Of a DNA stretch of 57,323 nt, positions 1 to 10,470 are shown piece after piece. Within the stretch, counting starts at the first letter, position 1. Every line of letters begins with the position of its first letter. The notes under the pieces were generated by a model. The model saw only the letters and a program-made list of their open reading frames with translations. It had not been told where the DNA came from and searched no databases. The translations under genes and the position numbers were made by a program. Where the stretch lies: the NCBI GenBank assembly GCA_034002785.1, contig JAVEZX010000004.1, positions 1 through 57,323 on the forward strand. Direction: 5' to 3'. This DNA is from Bacteroidales bacterium. GTDB lineage: Bacteria; Bacteroidota; Bacteroidia; Bacteroidales; VadinHA17.

Positions 1-1314
1 GCCTATACGCTTCTCTGCAAACCTCTTGTCAGTAATGCAATGCACAGGCTGCATCGACGGAATTACACCCAGGGCGCTGAAGCGGGGGATATCCTCCTCT
101 GTCAGTATCTGGGCATGTTCCGACCGGTGTCGGCTGTCACGCACACCGTTGACATCACGGGCCTTTTCATAGGCATTGAGAATCCAGTTGTTCGCTTTTG
201 GACCGATGGCATGGATCCCGATCTGGAATCCGCGGCTGTCGGCTGCCAGTACCCTTGCCTCCAGTTCTTCATAGCTCATCTGGGGGAGCCCGGTCTTGTC
301 AGGCTCATCGGCAAAGGGTTCAAACATCATTGCCGTGGCCGAGCCCAGTGTGCCGTCCATGAAATCCTTCAGGTACCCGAACCTTATCCAGTCACCGGAT
401 GCCGGATATTTATTCTTCATCTCTTCATATTTGGAAAGACGGTCCGGATCTGAAGTCAGCTCACCGCCTATATCGATGCGGCAGGTCAGCCTTCCCTGTG
501 CCATAATTGAGTCATACATGTCAAAATCGGCACTACCGGGAATCTGTATGCTGGTTATCCCGCTCTCAGCTGCCATCTGCAGCGCCATCAGGTAACCGGT
601 CCATTCTCTTTCACGCTCCTCCTGCTCAGTCCTTTCCACCTTTATGGCACCGGTCCTGATCAGTGACATGGCACTCTCCTTGAGTATGCCCGTTGGCTCA
701 CCCGTGACCGGATCGCGCATAATTTCTCCACCGAAGGGGTCCGCTGTGTTCTTTGTTATGCCTGACTGCTTCAGTACAAAACTGTTGACCAGGGCACTGT
801 GACCGTCAGTGCGCCGCAATACAACCGGATTGTCAGGGGAGACGGCGTCAATCAGCTCCTTCGTTGGCCATTCCCGGGTGCTGAACATCTCGTGTTCCCA
901 GTGGCCGCCGTAAATGAGTTCACCTTTCTGCACCCGGCCTGCCTGCTCCTTTACCTTTGCGGTAATGACAGACGGGTCCGTGGTATACCTCAGCTCAATA
1001 TAGTCAGGATCAAGCGGGCCGAAGTGCGCGTGCGCATCGTTAAAGCCCGGGATCACTGCCCTGCCTGCAGCATCTATGACCTTCGTGACCACCGGATCAA
1101 TGTGCCTGCTTATCTCCTTCACGGTGCCAACCGCCAGTATCCTGTTTCCCTTTACCGCCACTGCCCCGGCATAAAGGCCCTCATAATCAGCCGTGAATAC
1201 CTTCCCTCCGGTGATGACAAGATCAGCCTTCTCAGCCTGCCTGCAGCCGGGTGCAAGAACCATCAGTAACGCCATAATAATTAATATTCCCTGTTTCATA
1301 AGAACGATTTTCAT
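1..1314 (-). CDS. amidohydrolase-family metal-dependent hydrolase (Amidohydro_3/YtcJ-like), lipoprotein; C-terminus runs off the left edge
   Basis: Absent from the ORF track because it is open to the window edge. My reverse-strand translation from ATG 1314 reads MKIVLMKQGILIIMALLMVLAPGCRQAEKADLVITGGKVFTADYEG...VIPGFNDAHAHF...RRTDGHSALVNS. That gives a lipobox and the HxH metal motif. The + strand ORFs at 40..1269 are antisense shadows. Confidence 0.8.
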   Translation of the reverse strand, partial: MKIVLMKQGILIIMALLMVLAPGCRQAEKADLVITGGKVFTADYEGLYAGAVAVKGNRILAVGTVKEISRHIDPVVTKVIDAAGRAVIPGFNDAHAHFGPLDPDYIELRYTTDPSVITAKVKEQAGRVQKGELIYGGHWEHEMFSTREWPTKELIDAVSPDNPVVLRRTDGHSALVNSFVLKQSGITKNTADPFGGEIMRDPVTGEPTGILKESAMSLIRTGAIKVERTEQEEREREWTGYLMALQMAAESGITSIQIPGSADFDMYDSIMAQGRLTCRIDIGGELTSDPDRLSKYEEMKNKYPASGDWIRFGYLKDFMDGTLGSATAMMFEPFADEPDKTGLPQMSYEELEARVLAADSRGFQIGIHAIGPKANNWILNAYEKARDVNGVRDSRHRSEHAQILTEEDIPRFSALGVIPSMQPVHCITDKRFAEKRIG

Positions 1315-1396
1315 AAAACCGGTGCAAGATATGAAAATAGACATTATTTTAGTTGCCCATTAACCTGTGATTATAAACTCCAATCTTCAAGAACCT

Positions 1397-2683
1397 ATGA
1401 AAAGCAAGGTTATTCCTCCCGGCTACCTCTTTACTAAAAGGTATTCAAATTATGTTTTTATCCTTTTGTTCCTTCTGTACCTGTTCGATTACGCTGACAG
1501 GATGGTGGTCAGCTCGATGTTTTCATACATTCAGGCCGATCTGGGTATCAACGATTTTCAGTCAGGATGGCTGGTCTCAGTGATATACCTGACAATTGGC
1601 ATCATGACCTTTCCGGTCTCCCTGGTAATCGACAGATGGAGCAGGACCAAGACAGTAGGCATAATGGCTATCGTATGGAGCCTTGCAACCCTGCTGTGTG
1701 CATTTACCGGCAATTATGTCCAGCTTTTTCTTGCACGCGTCCTCATAGGATTCGGTGAGGCAGGATATGCTCCCGGCGGAAGCGCTCTCATCTCCGGTAT
1801 GTACCCGATGGAAAAGCGTTCCAAGATGATGGGATTATGGAATGCTTCCATTCCGATCGGATCTGCCATAGGGGTGACCGCCGGCGGCATAATAGCCAGC
1901 ACCTGGGGCTGGAAACATGCCTTTGGCCTGGTTGCCATTCCCGGCCTGTTGATCGCTATCCTCTTCCTCTTTGTCAAGGATTACAAGACTGTGGCCCTTT
2001 CAAAGGTCGACGAATCAAACCAGAAGATCAAAATGGAGAGGAAGGACATTGCAAAGGAATTCCTCCGGAAACCATCGGTCATCTTTACATACTTTGCCAT
2101 GACGGCCATAGTCTTCGTGACAACTGCCCTCCTGGTCTGGCTGCCGAAATTCTTCCAGGTCACCAGCGGAATGGATCCCAAAAAGGCAGGAAGCCTTGCT
2201 GGCGCTGTCATGATGCTGGCACTTGTCGGAGCACCACTCGGCGGATACATCATTGACCGCTGGAGAAAGACAATGCCAACCGCAAGAATGATCTATCCTG
2301 CCATCTCTACATTCATCTCGGCAGCACTCCTCTTTCTCGCTCTCTATGTCTTCAAGGGCACTGCCCAGATTGTCACTCTCTTCATCTTTGGCATATTCAT
2401 AATGCAGTTTATAAGCGGAGCGGCAGCAGTGACACAGGACGTGATCCATCCGGGTCTGCGTGCAACGTCATATGCAATAGCAGTGCTTGTACAGAACCTC
2501 CTTGGTTCATTCACGGCACCAATCGCACTGGGACGCATATCTGACCTTACAAACATACAGACAGCCGTCAGTATACTCCCATTCTCACTGGTGCTAGGGG
2601 CTCTGCTGTTCCTGATAGGAGCAAGGTACTATTTAAAAGATCTTAATAAGGTCGCACCTGTAAAGCTGGAAGCAGCAAGCTGA
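1397..2683 (+). CDS. MFS transporter
   Basis: About 12 hydrophobic segments, with the MFS loop motif (DRWSRTKT) after TM2. ATG 1397 (MKSKVIPPGY) is preferred over GTG 1367. Confidence 0.8.
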   Translation: MKSKVIPPGYLFTKRYSNYVFILLFLLYLFDYADRMVVSSMFSYIQADLGINDFQSGWLVSVIYLTIGIMTFPVSLVIDRWSRTKTVGIMAIVWSLATLLCAFTGNYVQLFLARVLIGFGEAGYAPGGSALISGMYPMEKRSKMMGLWNASIPIGSAIGVTAGGIIASTWGWKHAFGLVAIPGLLIAILFLFVKDYKTVALSKVDESNQKIKMERKDIAKEFLRKPSVIFTYFAMTAIVFVTTALLVWLPKFFQVTSGMDPKKAGSLAGAVMMLALVGAPLGGYIIDRWRKTMPTARMIYPAISTFISAALLFLALYVFKGTAQIVTLFIFGIFIMQFISGAAAVTQDVIHPGLRATSYAIAVLVQNLLGSFTAPIALGRISDLTNIQTAVSILPFSLVLGALLFLIGARYYLKDLNKVAPVKLEAAS

Positions 2684-2813
2684 CGCTCTTCTTCCTGATA
2701 TAACTCCACTGGAGAGGGCAGAGGGGAGCGATGAACCCTCCTTGCTGCCTTTTGAATTCATATTATCCCGTACACGCATGAGCGCAATGCGGGATGATTT
2801 GAATTTATTATAG

Positions 2814-2821
2814 TAGATTTG
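2814..2821 (+). promoter_or_regulatory. Bacteroidota-type -7 promoter box TAGATTTG (TAnnTTTG)
   Basis: Exact TAnnTTTG match 21 nt upstream of the lepB ATG. Confidence 0.45.
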
Positions 2822-2841
2822 CATTCCGAAATCAAATTAAG

Positions 2842-4242
2842 ATGAAAGAAATTCTGCGGAACAAGTATTTCAAATTCGGAATAGCCGGTGTGCTGTTCCT
2901 GTTGTGGGTCATCTGGGTCGGCAATTACTGGCTGCTGCTCGGACTTCCTGTCGTCTTCGATATTTATGTAAGTAAAAAAGTCAACTGGTCCTTCTGGAAA
3001 AAGCGTAACGGCAAAAACAGCACTGTGATTGAATGGCTTGATGCCCTGATATTTGCAGTGATTGCAGTAACCCTCATAAACATCTTCCTGTTCCAGAACT
3101 ACCGCATACCAACTCCCTCAATGGAGAAGACCCTGCTGGTAGGTGATCATCTGGCTGTCAGCAAGGTGGCTTATGGCCCACGGTTGCCAAACACTCCTCT
3201 TGCATTCCCCTTCACCCAGCACACCCTTCCCCTTACCGGCGGGAAAGGCAAGTCATGGTCCGATCTCATACACTGGGACTATAAAAGACTCAAGGGATTC
3301 GGGCACGTGAAGAACGATGACATAGTGGTCTTCAACTTTCCTGCAGGTGATACTGTCTGCCTCGAGCAACAGGCAGTCAGTTACTATGATATTATGCGTG
3401 ACAGGATCGAGATGCTCTCCAGGGAGGATATCAGGCTGGGCAAGACTCTCAGAAGCAAGGATGAGTATTATGCCCAGGCCCGGCAGATGGTTTGGGATGA
3501 ATATACTGTCATATACAGGCCTGTTGACCGACGCGATAATTACGTAAAACGATGTGTGGGAATACCGGGCGACACGGTGAGGATAACAGGAGGAAAGCTC
3601 TTCGTTAACGGTGCAGAAGCTAAAGTGCACGATACCCAGCAGACATCCTACTACGTGCGCACGAACGGAACACGTATCAATCCCAAGGCGTTCGAAAGGA
3701 TGGGTGTATCGAAATCCGACCAGTCGATTATGCTGTCCGGAACGGTATACAGGCTGCCTCTGACCGCTGAGAATGCCCAGCTGATAGGCGGATTTGCAAA
3801 TGTGACAGGGATCGAGCCTGACTACCGCAGGCCGGGTGAGTATCTCTCAGGCGTCTTCCCGCATGATCCGCAGTACCGCTGGAACGAGGACCACTTCGGT
3901 CCCCTGTGGATACCGAAAAAGGGAACCACCGTGAAAATTGACATGACCAATATAAGCCTCTACACGTCAATCATCGACATCTACGAAGAGAACGACCTGG
4001 AGGTCCGTGATTCAGTAATCTATATCAACGGTTCACCCGCTGACAGCTATACATTTAAGATGGATTACTACTGGATGATGGGTGATAACCGGCATGACTC
4101 AGCCGACTCACGCTTCTGGGGATTTGTTCCCGAAGATCATATCGTCGGCCGCCCGGTAAGGGTATGGCTCTCGATTGACAAGGAAGCCCAGGGAATTAAA
4201 AAGATAAGATTTAACAGGTTCTTCAAAGCAGCCAAGAGATAA
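2842..4242 (+). CDS. lepB: signal peptidase I (S26 family)
   Basis: N-terminal TM segment. Catalytic boxes PTPSMEKTL (Ser), KRCVGIPGD (Lys) and GDNRHDSADSRFWGFVPEDHIVG. Confidence 0.9.
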   Translation: MKEILRNKYFKFGIAGVLFLLWVIWVGNYWLLLGLPVVFDIYVSKKVNWSFWKKRNGKNSTVIEWLDALIFAVIAVTLINIFLFQNYRIPTPSMEKTLLVGDHLAVSKVAYGPRLPNTPLAFPFTQHTLPLTGGKGKSWSDLIHWDYKRLKGFGHVKNDDIVVFNFPAGDTVCLEQQAVSYYDIMRDRIEMLSREDIRLGKTLRSKDEYYAQARQMVWDEYTVIYRPVDRRDNYVKRCVGIPGDTVRITGGKLFVNGAEAKVHDTQQTSYYVRTNGTRINPKAFERMGVSKSDQSIMLSGTVYRLPLTAENAQLIGGFANVTGIEPDYRRPGEYLSGVFPHDPQYRWNEDHFGPLWIPKKGTTVKIDMTNISLYTSIIDIYEENDLEVRDSVIYINGSPADSYTFKMDYYWMMGDNRHDSADSRFWGFVPEDHIVGRPVRVWLSIDKEAQGIKKIRFNRFFKAAKR

Positions 4243-4297
4243 TTTGCGATGTGCGATTTGCGAGTTCTGATTTAATTCGCACATCGCAAATCACAAA
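4243..4297. repeat. period-7 tract pair: TTTGCGA TGTGCGA TTTGCGA GTTCTGA / TCGCACA TCGCAAA TCACAAA (inverted arms)
   Basis: Read directly. It starts 1 nt after the lepB stop. The arms are reverse complements (TTTGCGATGTGCGA vs TCGCACATCGCAAA). Confidence 0.85.
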
Positions 4298-4328
4298 TAA
4301 AAAAGCGGGCCGCAGCCCGCTTTTTTTA
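4298..4328. terminator. bidirectional intrinsic terminator
   Basis: GCGGGC-CGCA-GCCCGC hairpin (4305-4320) flanked by an A-run and a T-run, between convergent lepB and rplT. Confidence 0.8.
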
Positions 4329-4329
4329 T

Positions 4330-4677
4330 TTACTCCTTGACTTTATCCACGATTGCCTTAAAGGCTTCGGGGTGGTTCATCGCCAGATCAGCGAGGGTCT
4401 TGCGGTTGAGGGATATTCCCTTCTTGTCAAGCCCGCCGATGAACTGCGAGTAACTCATTCCGTGAAGGCGTACGCCGGCGTTGATCCTCTGGATCCATAA
4501 CGCGCGAAACTGTCCCTTCTTGTCCTTGCGGTCACGATAAGCATAGGCAAGACCCTTCTCAAGTACGTTCTTGGCAACTGTGTAAACAGTAGCATTGTTG
4601 CCAAAGTACCCTTTTGCCTGTTTCAGGATCTTCTTCCTTCTTGCCTTCGATGCTGGTGCGTTTGTTGCTCTTGGCAT
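4330..4677 (-). CDS. rplT: 50S ribosomal protein L20
   Basis: 115 aa starting [26 protein letters not shown], in the thrS-infC-rpmI-rplT context. Confidence 0.97.
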   Translation of the reverse strand: MPRATNAPASKARRKKILKQAKGYFGNNATVYTVAKNVLEKGLAYAYRDRKDKKGQFRALWIQRINAGVRLHGMSYSQFIGGLDKKGISLNRKTLADLAMNHPEAFKAIVDKVKE

Positions 4678-4778
4678 TGTTGTTTCTCTTTTTCGGATGT
4701 AAGCGCCTCTTAAGGTCTTTTCTGCTTCACACCCAGGTTAATAATTCTGTTGATTATCACACTGACAGGTGGTAAACC

Positions 4779-4976
4779 CTACTTCAGTCCAAGAAGAAGC
4801 TTAACGTTCTTCTGATCTGCCTTGTCTACAAGTGTACCATACGTAAGATTCCTCTTGCGCTTGGTCGACTTCTTGGTAAGGATGTGGCTCTTGAAAGCAT
4901 GCTTACGCTTGATTTTACCTGTACCGGTCAAAGAAAACCTCTTCTTTGCACCCGGATTTACTTTCACTTTTGGCAT
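4779..4976 (-). CDS. rpmI: 50S ribosomal protein L35
   Basis: 65 aa, [36 protein letters not shown]. Confidence 0.95.
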   Translation of the reverse strand: MPKVKVNPGAKKRFSLTGTGKIKRKHAFKSHILTKKSTKRKRNLTYGTLVDKADQKNVKLLLGLK

Positions 4977-5003
4977 GTTGTATATATATGTATAAAAAAA
5001 TTT

Positions 5004-5558
5004 CTACTTCTTCTTTTTAGGCGAGAGTATGATGATCATCCTCTTCCCTTCAAGTCTCGGAGTCTGATCTACCTTACCATACTCGTCGAGATCACTCACA
5101 AACCTCGCCAGGAGCTTTTCTCCCTGCTCCTTGAAGAGAATTGACCTTCCCTTGAAAAAGACATAAGCCCTCACCTTGGCACCTTCCTCCAGGAAACTGA
5201 TGGCGTGCTTCAGCTTGAAATTGTAATCGTGATCGTCAGTGTTCGGGCCGAAACGAATCTCCTTGACCACAACTTTGACAGCATTTGCCTTTATTTCCTT
5301 CTGTTTTTTCTTCTGTTGATACAGAAACTTCTGATAATCAACGATTTTGCAGACTGGCGGGTCAGCATTGGGAGATATCTCAACAAGATCCAGTTCCATC
5401 TCATCAGCGAGCCTTAGCGCTTCACCTATGCTAAGTACCTGTGCCTCTATGTTCTCACCCACAACCCTTACTGTTCTGGCTGTGATCCTGTTGTTAATCC
5501 GGTGTTCCGGTTCGGGTTTTCTTCCCGGCCTGGGCCTGGAAAAAGTCGGTCCTGCTAT
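5004..5558 (-). CDS. infC: translation initiation factor IF-3, probably initiated at a non-canonical ATA (5558) or CTG (5573)
   Basis: The track ORF starts at an internal GTG (5462). The frame stays open upstream to TAA 5574-5576 and encodes [35 protein letters not shown], which contains the conserved IF-3 N-terminal RINxxI..VR block. There is no ATG/GTG/TTG in that extension. Confidence 0.85.
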   Translation of the reverse strand: MAGPTFSRPRPGRKPEPEHRINNRITARTVRVVGENIEAQVLSIGEALRLADEMELDLVEISPNADPPVCKIVDYQKFLYQQKKKQKEIKANAVKVVVKEIRFGPNTDDHDYNFKLKHAISFLEEGAKVRAYVFFKGRSILFKEQGEKLLARFVSDLDEYGKVDQTPRLEGKRMIIILSPKKKK

Positions 5559-5604
5559 TGTCTTGTCCTCCAGTTAAGTTAATACTATCTTGAAAATCAA
5601 TCTT

Positions 5605-7545
5605 TTAATTGCCTATCTCCCGGCTAATCTCCTCCTTCACAAGGCTGATGAACTCTTCAGGTTTCATGACTCCCCTGTCACCTTCGCCCTGCTTTCTGAC
5701 GGAGACTGTTCCCGCCGCAACCTCTTTTTCTCCAATAACAAGAAGGTAGGGAATCCTCTTTAACTCGTTATCCCTTATCTTCTTACCTATCTTCTCGTTC
5801 CTTTCGTCAATCAGGGTGCGAATATCGTAATTATTAAGGAGATTTAAAACAGTTTTTGCATAATCATTGAATTTTTCGCTGATGGGCAGTATTACGGCCT
5901 GATCAGGCGTCAGCCAGATCGGGAACCGACCTGCGGTATTTTCTATCAGCACGGCAACAAACCGCTCCATGGATCCGAAGATGGCTCTGTGAATCATAAC
6001 CGGCTGATGCTTCTGGTTGTCACTGCCGGTGTACTCAAGACCGAACCGCTCAGGCAGGTTGTAGTCCACCTGTATCGTCCCCAACTGCCACTTGCGTCCG
6101 ATGGCATCCCTCACCATGAAATCGAGCTTCGGACCGTAGAACGCGGCTTCACCGATGGCAACGGTAGTAACCAGGTTCTTCTCTCCTGCAGCCTCGATGA
6201 TGGCCTTCTCAGCCTTCTCCCAGTTCTCGTCGCTGCCAATGTACTTCTCACGGTTTGCGGGATCCCTTAGAGATATCTGTGCCGTGAATTCGCTGAACCC
6301 GGCTATCTTGAAGATATACTGCACCAGGTCAATTATGCTTTTGAACTCCTCCTTGAGCTGTTCAGGGGCGCAGTAATGGTGGGCATCATCCTGGGTGAAG
6401 CTGCGAACCCTTGTGAGTCCGTGCAGCTCACCGCTCTGCTCGTAGCGGTATACCGTACCGAATTCAGCCATCCTTACCGGCAGGTCACGGTAGGAGTGGG
6501 GAGTGGCATTGAAAATCTCACAGTGATGCGGGCAGTTCATTGGCTTGAGCATGAATACCTCACCCTCCTGGGGAGTGGTGATGGGCCTGAACGAGTCAGC
6601 ACCGTACTTCTCATAATGACCTGAGGTCTTGTAGAGATCCACATTTCCTATATGCGGTGTTGAAACCATTGTATATCCCCTTGCCTTGAGCACCTTCGTC
6701 ATGAAATCGATCAGCCTCTGCTTCAGGTCTGCGCCTCGCGGAAGCCAGAGGGGAAGCCCCATCCCGACTTTCGGGGAGAAGGCGAAGAGCTCCAGCTCCC
6801 TGCCGATGCGGCGGTGGTCACGCTTGCGCGCCTCTTCAATCATCACCATGTACTCATCAAGCAACTTCTGCTTCGGGAAGGTGATGCCGTAGATGCGTGT
6901 CATCATCTTCCTCTTCTCGTCACCACGCCAGTATGCTCCGGCAAGACTGAGAACCTTTATAGCCTTGATCGATGAAGTGTCAGGCAGGTGCGGACCGCGG
7001 CAGAGATCTGTGAAGCTGCCCTGGCGGTAAAGTGTGATTGTGCCGTCCTCAAGCTCCGAGATCAGCTCTGTCTTGTATTCGTCGCCCTTGGTCGTAAAGA
7101 GTTCCATCGCATCCTTCTTACTGACCTCGGTACGGACAATGGGACTGTTCCTGGCGGCCAGTTCCTTCATCTTGTCCTCTATCAGGGGCAGGTCGGAATC
7201 GGTGATCACCTTGCCTTCGCCGGGATCAACATCGTAATAAAAGCCGTTCTCTATGGCCGGGCCGATGCCAAACTTCGTTCCGGGCCAGAGTGACTCCAGC
7301 GCTTCGGCCATCAGATGTGCCGATGAATGCCAGAATGCGTGCTTCGCCTCTGCATCATCCCACTTGTGAAACCTGACTGTGGCATTGCCAGTTATCGGCC
7401 TCGAGAGATCCCACAGCTCACCGTTAACCGTGGCTGCAAATATATCGGCAGCAAGTCCGGAACTGATTGAGCGCGCAATCTCATGACTGGTCACCCCGCT
7501 GTTGTACTCCCTGACGGACCCGTCGGGAAAGGTTATGCTGATCAT
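5605..7545 (-). CDS. thrS: threonine--tRNA ligase
   Basis: 646 aa with an N-terminal TGS-like domain, the editing-domain motif HSSAHLMA and a class II core ([18 protein letters not shown]). Confidence 0.97.
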   Translation of the reverse strand: MISITFPDGSVREYNSGVTSHEIARSISSGLAADIFAATVNGELWDLSRPITGNATVRFHKWDDAEAKHAFWHSSAHLMAEALESLWPGTKFGIGPAIENGFYYDVDPGEGKVITDSDLPLIEDKMKELAARNSPIVRTEVSKKDAMELFTTKGDEYKTELISELEDGTITLYRQGSFTDLCRGPHLPDTSSIKAIKVLSLAGAYWRGDEKRKMMTRIYGITFPKQKLLDEYMVMIEEARKRDHRRIGRELELFAFSPKVGMGLPLWLPRGADLKQRLIDFMTKVLKARGYTMVSTPHIGNVDLYKTSGHYEKYGADSFRPITTPQEGEVFMLKPMNCPHHCEIFNATPHSYRDLPVRMAEFGTVYRYEQSGELHGLTRVRSFTQDDAHHYCAPEQLKEEFKSIIDLVQYIFKIAGFSEFTAQISLRDPANREKYIGSDENWEKAEKAIIEAAGEKNLVTTVAIGEAAFYGPKLDFMVRDAIGRKWQLGTIQVDYNLPERFGLEYTGSDNQKHQPVMIHRAIFGSMERFVAVLIENTAGRFPIWLTPDQAVILPISEKFNDYAKTVLNLLNNYDIRTLIDERNEKIGKKIRDNELKRIPYLLVIGEKEVAAGTVSVRKQGEGDRGVMKPEEFISLVKEEISREIGN

Positions 7546-7568
7546 AAAATCCTCTTTTAAATAGTTTG

Positions 7569-7576
7569 CAAAGATA
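7569..7576 (-). promoter_or_regulatory. -7 promoter box TATCTTTG for thrS operon
   Basis: The reverse complement of CAAAGATA is an exact TAnnTTTG, 24 nt upstream of the thrS ATG. Confidence 0.45.
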
Positions 7577-7692
7577 ATATTTTTTACTGTTCGGTGGGAG
7601 GGCTTCGCTCTGCGGTATTTAAGCCTGAAATATGGAATTTATTAATTGGCACAGATTTTGGATTTAACAAAACAGAATTAATTACGGGAATC

Positions 7693-8382
7693 ATGAAAAG
7701 AATTGTAATCTTAACGGCAGCAGCAGCACTGATAATGCTCAGCTCATGTGAACTTCAACCCGAGGCTTATTTCTTCTCAGACAAGATCAGGGCAGAGATA
7801 GGAGAGGAAGTGATCTTCTTCAACGGGTCATCAAATGCAACTGATTATGAATGGGATTTTGGCGACGGCACCTGGTCTGACGTCTACGAACCCATCCACT
7901 CCTTCAACGCTTCGGGCGTTTTCACCGTCGTCCTGAACGCTTACTCAAGAAACGGGCTTGTTGACAAGTCTTACCTCGATATAGAGGTACTCTCACCCAC
8001 GATGCTTGAGGTGGAGGTCCTTGAGTATTACGATCAGTACCCGGTATCGGGCGCCAGCGTGATTCTCTATCCAACCGAGACGGACTGGGACAATGAGACC
8101 AACGCCATTGTGGAAGGATTCACAAACGCCAGCGGCAAGGTGGTTTTCACCAACCTGCAGCCCCGTACCTACTACGTCGATGTCTGGCACACCTCACACA
8201 ACAACTATACCCTTAGAAACGAGGATGTATGGTTCATCAGGACTGACCAGCTTGAAAAGAACCAGCTTAATTCTTTCACGGCATGGGTTGATTACACGGG
8301 CACCAAGGGTACCGTGGGACGCGACAGGAAGCAGTTGCTGATAATGAAGGACAGGTCGGCAGAATCAACGGTAAAGAAGTAA
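7693..8382 (+). CDS. PKD-domain lipoprotein with C-terminal carboxypeptidase-regulatory-like beta-sandwich
   Basis: Signal/lipobox MKRIVILTAAAALIMLSSC and the PKD motif YEWDFGDGTWSD. ATG 7693 is preferred over the upstream GTG. Confidence 0.7.
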   Translation: MKRIVILTAAAALIMLSSCELQPEAYFFSDKIRAEIGEEVIFFNGSSNATDYEWDFGDGTWSDVYEPIHSFNASGVFTVVLNAYSRNGLVDKSYLDIEVLSPTMLEVEVLEYYDQYPVSGASVILYPTETDWDNETNAIVEGFTNASGKVVFTNLQPRTYYVDVWHTSHNNYTLRNEDVWFIRTDQLEKNQLNSFTAWVDYTGTKGTVGRDRKQLLIMKDRSAESTVKK

Positions 8383-8436
8383 TCTGAGACAGAAAACAAA
8401 ATAAACCGGCGCGCCGGTCCATTTGATAAATTTCTT

Positions 8437-8444
8437 TAAGTTTG
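8437..8444 (+). promoter_or_regulatory. -7 promoter box TAAGTTTG
   Basis: Exact TAnnTTTG match 30 nt upstream of ATG 8474. Confidence 0.4.
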
Positions 8445-8473
8445 TGTTTCACAAACCTAATCGAAAGAATCTC

Positions 8474-10204
8474 ATGGATACAAAATTTGCGCTTCATGGA
8501 ATAGACTACCTGATAATGGCGGTCTATTTCGTTTTTGTGCTGGGTATAGGCTGGGCCCTGAAGAAGTATATGAAGAATGCCACTGCCTTCCTTGAGGCGG
8601 GACGATCCATCCCGGCATGGGTTGCCGGTCTGGCGTTCATCTCCACAAACCTTGGCGCACTCGAGGTGATGGGTATGACAGGCTCAGGACTGAAGTACGG
8701 TATGCTCACGACACATTTCTACTGGATCGGAGCAATACCGGCAATGGTCTTCCTGGCCCTTTTCATGATGCGGTTTTATTACGGCTCAAAGGCCCGGTCA
8801 GTACCCGAATACCTGAAGCTTCGGTTTGATGAGAAGACGCGGGGACTGAATGCCATACTGTTTGCTGTCATGACAGTGCTTGCATCAGGGATATCCATGT
8901 ATGCACTCGCACTCCTCCTCGAGAATGTCCTGGGCTGGAACTTCAACGTCTCCCTCTTTGCCTCCGCAGCAATAGTGCTGGGGTATACATACCTGGGAGG
9001 ACTCTCTTCAGCCATCTACAATGAGGTGCTGCAGTTCTTCATTATTGTCATCGGCCTCCTGCCAATGGCATTTCTTGTGATGAAAGACGTTGGGGGATGG
9101 GGCGGCATGCAGGCCAGCCTGGCTCCGATAGTGGAGAGCAAGGGTTTTGCGGCGGACGCATGGACCACCACATGGAAATATACCGGTTCCGCCTCCGGAA
9201 ACCCTCTGGGAGTGGCATGGTACGGCATCTTCGCGGGACTGGGCTTCGTCCTCTCCTTCGGCTACTGGTGCACCAACTTCCTTATCGTACAGCGTGCCAT
9301 GGCCGCAGAGTCAATGACGGCTGCTCGCAAAGTGCCTCTGATAGGCGCCATACCCAAGATGTTCATCCCCTTCCTTATAATTGTCCCCGGTATTGCTGCA
9401 CTTGTGCTCCTGAATGATCCGCTGAAGGGATTTGCCCTTCCTATGAACGACGCAGGACAGCCTATCTATGACTATACAATCATCATGCTGCTCAAACAGT
9501 ACCTTCCTGCCGGCGTACTTGGACTGGGAGTGACGGCCCTGCTTGCCTCCTTCATGTCAGGAATGGCCGGAAACGTTTCGGCTTTCAATACGGTATGGAC
9601 CTACGATATCTATCAGAGCTACATCCGGCCTGCAACAGGCAACAAGGATGCTGATGACAAACATTACCTCAAGGTCGGAAAGATGGCTACTGTTGTCGGT
9701 GTGCTGGTCAGCATCGCGGCAGCCTATATCGCAAGCAAGTTCGGCAACATAATGGACTTCCTGCAGACGATCTTCTCAATGATCAATGCCCCGCTCTTCG
9801 CCGTCATCTTCCTTGGAATGTTCTGGAAACGATCCACCGGCAACGCGGCATTTACGGGACTTCTTGCAGGATTCCTCCTTGCACTCGTACATCACGGCCT
9901 CACACAGCCTGAAGGCGCCACCACCCTGGTCAAGGGCGGCTGGCTGGGAGTGATTCATACATACCCGGTTGAGATGGCCCAGAACTTCTGGACGGCAATA
10001 ATAGCCTTCACAGTGGCAACGCTGCTGACGGTGATCATCTCATTGCTCTCAAAACGCACCAAGACCGATGCTGAACTCGACGGCCTCGTTTACTCGATGA
10101 CGAAGAAGCTCGACGACTCCGGCGTGGTGTGGTACAACAGGCCCTGGTTCCTTGCTCTGATTGTGGGAATCATTATGATTGTGCTCTCAATTTTGTTCTG
10201 GTAA
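8474..10204 (+). CDS. sodium:solute symporter (SSS) family transporter
   Basis: About 13-14 TM segments with SSS-like N-terminal organisation (IDYLIMAVYFVFVLGIGW...). Substrate is unknown. The start is taken at MDTKFALHG. Confidence 0.8.
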   Translation: MDTKFALHGIDYLIMAVYFVFVLGIGWALKKYMKNATAFLEAGRSIPAWVAGLAFISTNLGALEVMGMTGSGLKYGMLTTHFYWIGAIPAMVFLALFMMRFYYGSKARSVPEYLKLRFDEKTRGLNAILFAVMTVLASGISMYALALLLENVLGWNFNVSLFASAAIVLGYTYLGGLSSAIYNEVLQFFIIVIGLLPMAFLVMKDVGGWGGMQASLAPIVESKGFAADAWTTTWKYTGSASGNPLGVAWYGIFAGLGFVLSFGYWCTNFLIVQRAMAAESMTAARKVPLIGAIPKMFIPFLIIVPGIAALVLLNDPLKGFALPMNDAGQPIYDYTIIMLLKQYLPAGVLGLGVTALLASFMSGMAGNVSAFNTVWTYDIYQSYIRPATGNKDADDKHYLKVGKMATVVGVLVSIAAAYIASKFGNIMDFLQTIFSMINAPLFAVIFLGMFWKRSTGNAAFTGLLAGFLLALVHHGLTQPEGATTLVKGGWLGVIHTYPVEMAQNFWTAIIAFTVATLLTVIISLLSKRTKTDAELDGLVYSMTKKLDDSGVVWYNRPWFLALIVGIIMIVLSILFW

Positions 10205-10223
10205 CCTTAAAAAAACGACGATC

Positions 10224-10436
10224 ATGTTAGATATAAGATTTCCGATTGGACTGATGTTCTCCATTTTCGGGCTGATAATAACCATTTACGGCATTGCCAC
10301 AATTGGAAATGACGCAATGTATGCCCGTTCGCTGAACGTGAATGTTAACCTGGTTTCAGGTATCTGTACCCTGCTGTTTGGCCTCATCATGCTCTTCTTC
10401 TCCGGCCCGGTGAAGAAACTGATGAAGAGAAAATAA
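10224..10436 (+). CDS. small two-TM membrane protein downstream of the symporter
   Basis: 70 aa (MLDIRFPIGLMFSIFGLIITIYG...) with two hydrophobic helices. It starts 19 nt after the symporter stop. Confidence 0.5.
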   Translation: MLDIRFPIGLMFSIFGLIITIYGIATIGNDAMYARSLNVNVNLVSGICTLLFGLIMLFFSGPVKKLMKRK

Positions 10437-10438
10437 CA

Positions 10439-10468
10439 TAAAAAAAGCTGCCTGGGCAGCTTTTTTTA
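10439..10468. terminator. bidirectional intrinsic terminator
   Basis: A-run, GCTGCC-TG-GGCAGC hairpin (10447-10460), then T-run. Confidence 0.75.
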
Positions 10469-10470
10469 TT

